Shown here piece after piece: positions 1-9,992 of a stretch of 63,226 bases of DNA. Source of the DNA: Chara braunii (lineage: Eukaryota; Plantae; Charophyceae). The stretch spans positions 4,956,736-5,019,961 of the forward strand of contig BFEA01000031.1 in the NCBI GenBank assembly GCA_003427395.1, written 5' to 3'. The position numbers and the translations under genes are program-made. The notes under the pieces were generated by a model. That model was not told where the DNA came from. It searched no databases and saw nothing but the letters and a program-made list of their open reading frames with translations. Numbering within the stretch: the first letter of the stretch is position 1; each line of letters starts with the position of its first letter.

Positions 1-280
1 CCTTGAGGACATCGACGAAAGGCTTCCCGTCTGCCGTCTTCTGGTAGAGCGTCTCCTCGAACAGAATCACGCCGCTGATGTACTGCATCGCCCCAGGAGC
101 GGTGAAGAGAAGCTCCCTCAGAGCCCTCCTGTTGGATTCCACATTCTCCACGTTGATGCTGGCCAGTCTCTTCCCGATAGTGCCCGTGCTCTCGTCAGCG
201 GCGAGGATACCCCTCCCAGGGGTCGCAATTTTCTTCGCCGTGGCGATGAGCTCGTCCGCGTACTTGCCAACGTGCGCCAT
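1..280 (-). CDS. FBA: Class I fructose-bisphosphate aldolase, cytosolic type, N-terminal ~93 codons (continues beyond left edge)
   Basis: Manual translation from ATG at 280: [108 protein letters not shown] and [13 protein letters not shown] are class I aldolase hallmarks. No transit peptide. Absent from the ORF track because no stop lies in the window. Confidence 0.95.
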   Translation of the reverse strand, partial: MAHVGKYADELIATAKKIATPGRGILAADESTGTIGKRLASINVENVESNRRALRELLFTAPGAMQYISGVILFEETLYQKTADGKPFVDVLK

Positions 281-904
281 TTTCCTTCCTTCCGTCCTTC
301 CTTCCTTCCTTGCTCCCGAATCTGATATGGACTCAGCGATGGCAATCACTTCAGGCACTCGGTTTGAGGAAAGGCGGATCATACGACAGCTTCTCTGTAC
401 CTCTCGGCTGAGTGGTCTCTGTATTTGTAGACTGATTCCTTCTGATTCGTCAGGGATGTCTTCCCTCATGTCGCCCACANGCCCTCTCCATGACGAATCT
501 ACGGGCCTCGCTGCACTACTCTTGAAATGCACAAAAGACAAAAATCATGTCGCTGTATCTTTCCATGTTCTAGCTGAAGATTCACTCTCGTTTTGCACCT
601 TTCAAGAGTAGTGCNGCGAGGCCCTACCTCGCTCGTGCCCCTCGTGCGGAGGTCTAGTTCAGGTGTCTGGTATTTTTCAACGTCGTCAGACACTCGCCGT
701 GAGATCTCAAGATCGAAAGACCCACTGATACTCCAAATCAGACTCAGCCTCCTCAAGTGGGTGCGGGCCGCGAAATCAAATGTCCGGTCCTTTTCTTTTC
801 TTTTGGAAAACTCCACTCGCCTTTGGTTAAGGGGGTGGGAGCAATATGCATGCCCTCTAATGGCTGGAGGGAGACAACAACGCTATGTTTTAGGTAGGTG
901 GTGA

Positions 905-2488
905 AGGTGAATTGAAAGAATGTGAAAGATGATGAAAGATGTGACCCGACGAGCTTGTGCCGAATGCGAGGGGTTGACGCGTGGGGCTACGACGGACTGT
1001 AGTGCGCGGGCGAACTTGACGGGTGCAGGAGGACTAAGCAGGGTGACGACTTCGTGGGTTGGTGCAGGACGACGGGTTGTCCGCATCGGAGATAAAGAGA
1101 GAGGAAGAGGGAGTTGAGGTTGATGGACGTGGATTTGCAGTTTTCTTTGTCTTTTCTCCCTCTTTGCTTTTGTATATAAATTTTGATCTCTGCTCAGGGC
1201 GACTCGCCCGTTTTGTTTTGCTTTCGGAATCCTTGTCTCGGTTTCATCCCACACTCGTTTTGCGATTGATCTTGATCACATTTGTTGTGTGTTTTGTCGA
1301 ATGAATGTCATGTCTATTGTTTTTTTTTTGTCTGGTCCTTGCCTTTGCTTGTCATTTTGATACACTCATGAGCATAGTAGCAACTTCTGCGTAGTCGTCA
1401 TTACTGCTTCCATTGTTGTTTATCCTTTTTGAGCCACTGTTGTTGCAATGTTTGATGTGTAATAGCACCTTGCATGCTCAGAAACGATTGCGTGCGGGAT
1501 CACGGAGTGACTAGATGATTGGGTAGTTGATTGTCCAAAAACAAACGAATACCTCACGGGGATGCGTGTAAGCGCGATCTGATCTGCGCAGCCTACACGT
1601 ATCCACGCGCGCCGATTCGCGACCATTGACGAACTTGACACCTTCGATATCGGGTAGGCGGGAATTTTCCTTCCCTCACGCACCTAAACGGATAGGAATT
1701 TCAGATATCCCATCGGGAAAATCCCCCTGCCAGTTAGACGTGTGCGGAGGAATTCCATCACACCGCAATGATAAGATGCCGAGCTCCTGGGACTCGGAGT
1801 ACTTCGACCCTTAGGTGAGAGAATGTATTAGGCAAAGATACCCGAAATTCCCCTGCCTAACCGAGAATCGATTGTGCCCCACGGAGTTTCTTTGTGCCAC
1901 TACCAGCGATCCTAGGTGCCCGATTTTCCCACTACGTACAACACGCAGTACTTGATATCCCCTGGCTTCGTCACTATCACTACCAATTTCCCTCCCTTCC
2001 GTCTCCTCCTTCCGTATCACCAACTCACTGTGGTTCTGTGGAATTCCATCGCCCCGTACTGGCCCCGCACGCCTTGCGAAAATTGTCAGCGACGCGGCAA
2101 CCGACGAGCCCCATAAACTAAGAGGCCTAACCAAAACGCGCGATGAGAGACGCCACGTGTCTGCAGCCGAATGTCCGAGTCATCGGAACCACAACCATCT
2201 CGGGCGGGTCTCTGCCCGAACCGCCGCCAACAAAACAGACGGATCGGACGACCTTGAATGCACCACGCAGGCCATCTGCCGTATGCTGCACGACCTCGAC
2301 CGCCATCAAACCGGAAGTAACTCGCCCCTTGGCCCTATTGCATCTATACCCCCGAAACATTACCACAGGTGATCTAAGTTCCGACTTGGGACTCCACCCC
2401 CACTTTCCCAAAAATCCTTGGCACACCCCTTTTCGCACTTCCAGGCCCACATCCCACTCCGATCAGGAAGTCGCGTTGGGCGTGAGGT
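905..2488 (+). repeat. 5' LTR copy (lacks the first ~870 bp and the terminal ~13 bp seen in the 3' copy)
   Basis: Aligns by eye at roughly 85-90% to 10855-12442 (e.g. ccgaatgcgagggg(t/c)tgacgcgtggggctacgacggactgtag ... gatcaggaagtcgcgttgggcgtgaggt). Confidence 0.88.
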
Positions 2489-2500
2489 TGGTATCGGAGC
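2489..2500 (+). promoter_or_regulatory. Primer-binding site for initiator tRNA-Met
   Basis: TGGTATCGGAGC, one mismatch to the plant consensus TGGTATCAGAGC, directly after the 5' LTR. Confidence 0.85.
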
Positions 2501-2633
2501 TCGACACGTGACAAGGTTCTAGGATTCATAGCTGGGCGATCTGGCTAACAGGGGACGACCTCGACCGCGGAATGCGCATCAACGGGACCCCGTCGTCACT
2601 AGAAGCCAGTCTGCGGCCCAACGCACAGTCAAC

Positions 2634-3950
2634 ATGAATGTTAATCAACAGAATCCCCAGCAGAATCCTAATCAACCCGTACCACGAGCACGGGCTCCCA
2701 TGACGCCATCCGATCTTTATCTATTCGACCCTGCTCATCACCTCGCTGGAGCATGGCTAACCACGCTCCGGGCTCAGCAGTATGATGACAACGAGGCACA
2801 GGTGAATATCCCCACATTTTTGGGAGGAGATGCCCATCACTGGTTTAGTACCTATGTACGGGTCGATCCCCCAACATTCGAGCGAGATTTCTTGAACCAA
2901 TTCGATTACATCCACCCAGAACAGGCTCTTTTTATGATCAAAGATCGAGTTAAAAAACCCCTCGAGTCTGTCACCGAGTATCGAAACGGATTCTATAGGA
3001 TGTTTGTGAAAACAGAACGAGGCGAGCAGGTAGGTAGAGATTTTTTCATCGATGGACTTTACAGCCGAATGATGAGGGCGAAACTGCGAAAACAGTTCTC
3101 CCCCATCAATCACACGCTGCAACAGATCATGGCAGATGCAGAGGAAATGGAACGAAAGTTCGTTGCGCGTTTCCTAGAAGGGAAGGACTATCCTAGGAAA
3201 GGAGACTCATCCGAACAAGCGAGAGCTAAAGCTGAGTTGGCTGCACTGCAGAACAAATTTGAAAACATGGGTTTTGTGTCGGGCCCTGTCAGCTACCCGG
3301 AACAGATTAGTCCCAAACGACCGGTCCCGAGTGTGATTACGAGCATGCCCGTGGCCGTGATTACAGCACCCCCACCACCGATCGAAACCCCTGCGCGACC
3401 GAATGAATCAGCCGCCCTATTAGAGCTACCAAGGCATTAGTTACTCTGATTCAGGAAAGCAAAAAGGAACAGCGGGAACACAACGCTCGAATAGAGGCAA
3501 TGATGAGGTCGATGTGACCAACAGCAGTGTGTGCCTCCCCGGTTCAACACGGATTGACTCCGACACTCCCTCCTGCAGTGATCCCGGGCAATCTGAACGT
3601 CTGTTACATGTGTCGTCAACCAGGGCATATAGCCCGAGATTGCCCTCATCTACCCCCGCAACAACGAGTCGGAGCCGCGCCGGTAGCAGCGGCCCCGATC
3701 ACCAACGGACCTGAACGAGTAGGGGCATTGATGGAAGAAATAGAAGGGGTTGGAAGCACATTAGCTACGACGGAGGAAGTCGCTGAACTAATCCCGTTAG
3801 ATCAGTATGTAATGCTTGGCTACTCGGGGCTTGGGATGATTGGAACGATTAGACCCGCGCTTGAACAAAGAGAAGTGGCGGAATGGCGACCTTCTCCAGG
3901 GGAAATGGAGTCGGGAGGACCCACGTTCGTCACTGGGAGATCGATATTTT
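2634..3950 (+). pseudogene. gag (capsid-like region plus CCHC zinc knuckle), disrupted
   Basis: ORF 2634-3440 has a Retrotrans_gag-like pattern (LGGDAHHWF...ESVTEYRNGF...FFIDGL). ORF 3527-3952 has CYMCRQPGHIARDC. Confidence 0.85.
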
Positions 3951-4610
3951 AAATATCGTTCGAGCCTTGGAGCATCGGATTCCTCTTCCGATTGGACATC
4001 TACTTTCGATATCGAAACAAGTCAACGAACGGATGCTACAACATTGCAAGGCGAATCGAAAACGATTCGCCCTTGCCCGAACAACGAGCACAAAAACGAA
4101 AAATCCCACGCCAGATGAAAATGCAGCACAAACTTCAGATTCAATACGGTTAGGATTAATCCAGAAAGATGATCACTTCCTACGGATCAAACCGATACCA
4201 TGGAAATCCGCCGAATGCGACATCGAGATATGGGGAATCCCGTACAATGCCATTATCGATTCGGGAACCTTTGTTTTGGCTATCTCGTTACGGGTAGTTG
4301 AAAAAGCAGGGAGGAAGAACGATCTAATCATGCTTACGGAAAAATACCAACTCGTTTCAGCAGATAAGGAGAAGATTAAAATCGTGGGACGAATGACCAA
4401 TGTTGCTTTTCGATTAGGAAAGGTACATGCGTTGAGAGATGTTTTGGTCTTAGACGTTAACACTTACGATGTTCTTTTTGGCCTTCCCGCTCTTGTGGCC
4501 CTGAGAGTCAGTCTGGATTTCGAAAGACGATCGATTGTCCTCCGAAATATAGGAGGAAAACCGTATGTTGTACCGATGAGATTGACCCTTCGTACCACCA
4601 TTAACGTGAC
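3950..4610 (+). pseudogene. Retroviral-type aspartic protease region
   Basis: AIIDSGT catalytic motif and YDVLFGLPAL in ORF 3883-4782. Confidence 0.85.
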
Positions 4611-5250
4611 TTCGACTAGATTCAAGGAAAGTCGTGGCGGTGAAAGATGCTCGTGTCCCCACGTAAGTGACGCAGGTTCGATCTTTTCTAGGACTGGCAT
4701 CGTACTACCGTCGTTTTATCAAAGGCTTCGCTGCGATTGCGCGACCTCTGACGAATCTGCCGCGAAAGGACCAGCCCCTTAGTTGGGACGCATAGTGCGA
4801 ACAGACCTTCTCCACCCTTAAAGGTGCTCTAGCAACGACACCTATTTTGATCCGGCCAGACCCTACGAAGCAGTTCATTCTCAACACGGACTGGCAGCCA
4901 GAGGCGATTTCCGCTATTCTAGCGCAGATGGGGAACGACGGCCGAGAGCACGTCATCGAGTACTCGTCTCGTACGCTGTCGGACGAACGAAGGAACGAAT
5001 CAGGCCCGCAAGGTGCATGCTATGCTGTAGTCTGGGGAATTCAGCACTTCCATCCGTACTTGTACGGGCAGAAATTCCTCCTTGTAACCGATCACGAACC
5101 ATTATTGACTCTCGAAAAGCTCACCAATTATACGGGTATGATTGGACGGTGGGCGGTGCGCCTACAGGAATACGATTCCGACATCATCCACGGAAAGACA
5201 GAGAGGCACGAACGCGGATGGGTTGACACGTCTGCATCGCCCCGCTAAGA
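4611..5250 (+). pseudogene. RT connection and Ty3-type RNase H (RT core missing)
   Basis: RPDPTKQFILNTDWQPEAISAILAQ...EHVIEYSSRTL...AVVWGIQHFHPYLYGQKFLLVTDHEPL...RWAVRLQEYD. No YxDD core is visible between protease and this segment. Confidence 0.85.
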
Positions 5251-5479
5251 TACTGAAGGGCGAAGAAATCATTCCGTGGAAGGATCCTGAGTCAGCGAAC
5301 GGACCCAAGTACGGACAAGTGACGGTGCTTCCATGTGGCAAGAAGCAGGCGATTGGCAATGGGTGAAGGAGGTAATCCTACAACTCCTCTATCTCCCCTC
5401 TCATCTTCATCTTTTCTCTTTCTACCTGACAAATTTTGTTATTTTTGTGAAGCGATCTCGCTCGTCTACTCTATCTCAA

Positions 5480-7560
5480 TGCGTCATAGTGGGGAAGGGT
5501 ATGCATAATGGATAGATTGTCGACAGTGTGTCGCACGAGCCCATGGCTCATGCATCCAGTACAGAAATGGCAATACGCCTTGGTTGTGTCCCTTGTGTCG
5601 GACTGATAAGATCCCGACTGAAGCTCGATTTCTTGACGCCACGTCAAAAGGGTTGGAAAAAACCCAGAAGTTTAGAAGGGTCAAGGTATGGACGGACATC
5701 ACTCTAATTGCCACCTTGGTAGGAAACCCCCTCCAGACCTTCACTAAGAAAGACCAGAGGAGGGCCAATGAAAGGGCTCAGGATTATCGTTGGAATGAGG
5801 GCCGGTTAAAAAAATGGAAGACGGATGGTAGCGAGATTTGGATGGTGGTGCCGCACCCGTTTATGAGGTATGACTGGGTTAAGACGACAAATGAGGAAAC
5901 GACAACCCACTTTGTCGTACGGATCACGGAAGTGGCAATCGACAAGAACGAGTGGTACTGACCCAATATTCGTGATGATGTGAAATTCATCGTCGCAAAT
6001 TGCCAGGTCTGCGTTGCTGACAAGGCGCCGATCCAGCCGCCGAGATCAATAGTACCGAGGGTAGTGGAACGGCGGTTTCAGAGGGTTAGAGAGAAGGTTA
6101 ACAATAGTCGTATTTTTCAATACAACTTCAGGACACCCTTCACCACTTCAGGATGCAGCCTGCCTAAATAGGTGGTTTTCACGGTCTTCGGAGCTTTCAC
6201 CACCTCAGGACCATTCAGGTCTGAAAATCACGAATGGTCCTGAAGTGGTGAAAGCTCCAAAGACCCTAAAAACCATTCAGGTCTTCGAAGCTTTCACCAC
6301 TTCAGGACCATTCAGGTGTGAAAATCCTGAATGGTCTTGAAGTGGTGAAAGCTCCGAAGACCCTGAAAACCACCTGTTTAGGCAGGCTGCATCCTTAAGT
6401 GGTAAAGGGTGGTTTTCATGGTCTTCGCACCTTTCACCACTTCAGGACCATTCAGGATTTTTAGACTGCCAAAAACTCTCACTTGACCACTTCAGGACAC
6501 CCTTCACCACTTCAGGATGCAGCCTCCCTAAACAGGTGGTTTTCAGGGTTTTCGGACCTTTCACCACTTAAGGACCATTCAGGATTTTCAAACTGCCAAA
6601 AACTCTCACTTCAGAATTTTCATTCCTGAATTTTCAGCTACTCGATAAGTGCTTCTGGAGGGTTAGCATGGATACTACCGATATTGTGGTGCCCCCTGGA
6701 CCTAATAGCTGCGAGTATTCAATCCTACTGGTATTTGTACATCACTTTTCGAAATGGATTGAGGCATATCCGTGTCATACAGGACAGGCGGCTGAAATTG
6801 CGCGGTACGTCAACCGGTTTCTAGGGATGCATCAAGACATAGAGGAAATCCTAACCGACAATGGGGTACAATTCAAAGGGAAAGTTTTAAGGAATCTGGT
6901 CGTACAAGGCGTCGCCATTGGGAACACTGCACCCCACATGTCACAGTCCATTGGCCTAGTAGATGACGCAAATCGAGTGATAAAGATAGCACTGCGACAA
7001 AACATCGTGGCACGGGATCCGAGGCCCTAGCCCGATATCGTAGATCACATCCTAGCGGTCCATCGGGCAACGCCTCGCGAATGGACGGGCCTTAGCCCCT
7101 TCCAATTACGAACCAATAACGTAGTTTGTGTCTCGATACCGAGCCTCCCCTCTGAATCTTCATTGAACCGACGGCCCACAAGAACCACGGTTCGGGACAA
7201 GGCCAAACGGCACACGGAGCTGATGGAACGGTCCCTTCCCCGATTAGCCCGAAAGCGCCTGAAAATGACTGAGTTGACCCACGGTCGACAAGTCCGTAGC
7301 TACGAGGCGCGAAATGGGAACGTAGGACCACGGCCCCAGTATAAATTAGGGGACTTGGTGCAGGTGAGGAAATGTGCTCGCCAAGGCAAGATAGCGCCAC
7401 GATTCTTCGAGCGATTTCGTGTGATCGAACTCGGCCTGAACGGAGTGAACACTGTGCGCTTCGTGCCGGAGGTCTCAGAAAGTCGATCGGCTAGACCGAT
7501 CGTACGCCACGTGTCCTATCTGTGTCCTCTCCCTTCATCCCCACCTCTAGTTGCGTCTGC
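5480..7560 (+). pseudogene. PHD finger plus integrase (HHCC and DDE core), interrupted by an insertion at 6090-6657
   Basis: WIDCRQCVARAHGSC...WLCPLC; H...W-x-NIRDDVKFIVANCQVC; FQRV|SMDTTDI...HFSKWIEAYP...ILTDNGVQF...APHMSQSIGLVDDANRVIK. Confidence 0.85.
6090..6657. mobile_element. Foldback-type non-autonomous insertion with 9-bp TSD (Mutator-like TSD length)
   Basis: GAGGGTTAG at 6081-6089 and 6658-6666. Removing the insert restores integrase FQRVSMDTT. Interior built of direct and inverted copies of ttcaccacttcaggaccattcagg. Confidence 0.8.
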
Positions 7561-7646
7561 TTCCTCCTTCGCTACAGAGGAGGACGACGATTCTTTGTCA
7601 CTCTCATCCCCTCCTGTCTCTCTTGCTCCGTCCTCATCTCCATCGC

Positions 7647-9163
7647 CATGAGCTCTTCAGTGGAGCAGGTGATCAGTGCGCAGCTGCTAACCCCGAGAGG
7701 ACGGATCAGTACCATCCGATAAGTACAGCGGTCACGCCTCAGTGTCGATCTTCTTCGATTTGAATTTTCTTTCTTCAGTACGGCGGCAACCCACACAGCG
7801 ACGAAATTCCGGTTTTCGCAAGCGGCAGCAACACGTGTTCTGGCCGAGATTTTGGCCTTCTAGCGTCTGTCCCCTCCTGGCATCGGGGATATTACGGCGG
7901 TGCCATTGGCGATCCATCCCGACATCCTTCGAACCTTGCGAGCGTGGGGCGAAGAGATCCAGACTGCGTGGACAACACTCCTTGCTCGACACGGGGATAC
8001 AATCGTGCTCGCACACGACATCGATCTGCAGCTTCGCTCTTCCAGCGATTCGCCGCCGATCGTGTTACCAGAGCTTCGTTCCTTTGCGCCGCCCCAATGA
8101 GTCGTCACTGTCTTTCTCTCTTTGGCCTTTCCTCTAACATCCCCACCCTCTTGCAATCTGCTTACGCCCCCTCTCCCTCTTATCGTGTCAAGCAGATCAG
8201 TTTGCCGATACTGAACGAGGAGAAGTGGAGCGACTGGTGGGAGGCGTACGCAGAGCTTGTCTTCTGCTTGCTGGAAGTAGAGTTCGCTGGTCTGAGCCGG
8301 CGCCGTATGGAGAGGGTCCAGAACTTCCAGACGATGAAGTGGAGCTGCTGATTGTACAAGCCTGGAGAACAGCGACGGAGGGGGATCTATTGGGGATACT
8401 GTTCGAAAAGGTGGATGACGGAAATCTCACTCTAATTACGAGCGAACTGCTTGAGTTTCATACGAAGTTGGTGGACGACCTGCCACTGGATATCTTATCG
8501 AGGTGTGACAATCATCCTGGCACCCACGTGCTTTCCCGAACACTCGAGACACGCCTGCTGTGGTCCACGTGTACTGAGCAGGACGGCGACAATTGTGTCT
8601 ATCCGTCCCAGGCTCTTTTTCTAGAGATCGACGTCACCGATCTCACAGTGTGGGACCCCATCATCTGGAAAGGAAACGCTTGGCAAGAGGAACACGAAGG
8701 CAAGGAGGAAGGCGAAGAAGAAGAAGAAGAAGAAGAAGAAGAAAAAAAAAAATCGAGCAGAGATAGTGACGATCCTGATTACATTCAGGAAGAAAAAAAG
8801 GACGAGGAAGAAGAGGAGCCAGCAGAAAAAGAAGAGGTAGCCGGTGGGCAGAATCAGCAGCCCGAACAAAGCAAGGAAGAAGAAGAGGCCGGAGCGCGAA
8901 AACGGTTAAAAAAGGCGGAGGGAAAACAGCCGGTTGAGGAAAGGTCCCCGCCGGATCTATTGTTGGAAAACCCGTGGCTCGATCCGGAGCCCCCAAAGGA
9001 AGACGAAGGAAACCATGGAACCGCAACGGAGGGATCGGGAAGATGTCGCCGAAGGAGAGAATCGCCGACTTCGTATGGTTCCTCTGGCCGACCTACCCTT
9101 CGCCTACATCAGCATGAGGGCGATCAGCCTTCGTCCCCGTTCGTTCTCTCGCCGTCCCCTTGA
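7647..9163 (+). pseudogene. Extra sense-strand ORF(s) downstream of integrase, unknown function, acidic C-terminal tail
   Basis: ORFs 7900-8100 and 8225-9163 (ELLIVQAWRTATEGDLLGILFEKV..., poly-E tract) lie inside the element between INT and the 3' LTR. Confidence 0.55.
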
Positions 9164-9992
9164 CTTCCTAATGCTCACCCGACTCCCTGGTAGACCCCCG
9201 TTCCCCGTTGGATGGTGTCCCTTCCCTCTAGACCTCTTCCACCACCTTTACGCCACCCGTCTCCTAGTCACCCTCTTTCTGCATGTTACCACCCGCTCTG
9301 TAGTAGAGCCTTTTCTTCTCCATGTTCTCATGTTTAGCGCAGATTGGTGGGAATCTAACCATATAGAAATATATTGTATTATATTAGGAACAATCCCCGC
9401 CTGTGAAGACTACGAGAATTTTCGCACCACCCTTCGCCGCACTCTCTCCACTATCTACCCCGACTATATTGCCTCTCTCCCCCACCATCGCGAAGAACAT
9501 AGTTTGCCCTGCATCCATCGCTCCATCCATTACACCTCCCTTCCCGCTTTCGAATCTTCGGCCATCAACCGCTTCATGCCTCCTCTTCCCCAGCATCCTC
9601 CACCGCCTCCCCCATTGGTAATTAGATTGCCCTTCCCGNGAAACCTGTAGGTTGGAANGCTCCTCGCCCCCACTCCNGACTAGCCACCCCCTCACCATGC
9701 CCCCATNTATCNCCTTCCCTTTCCCCTTCCCGTAGGACATTGGTGTATGGTTGATTGGCACGTGCCACGGCGACGGCACGCACGATCCCCTCCTCGGACT
9801 GAAGAGAGCTCATCCTGAGAAAAATTATAGGATAGAGCCACGTGTACCACCCTGAATGACTTCCACACTCTTTTGCACGGTTGGTGGCCACGTAGAAAGC
9901 TCCGCGTGTGGATCGATTAGAGAAATCGACACATATCACGATTCAAGCAAGCAGAAGCTTGCTTAAGATTGGAACCCCTTGGGTGTCACATA

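Noticed and set aside
78-611. 177-aa plus-strand ORF
   Set aside because: Antisense shadow of the aldolase CDS.
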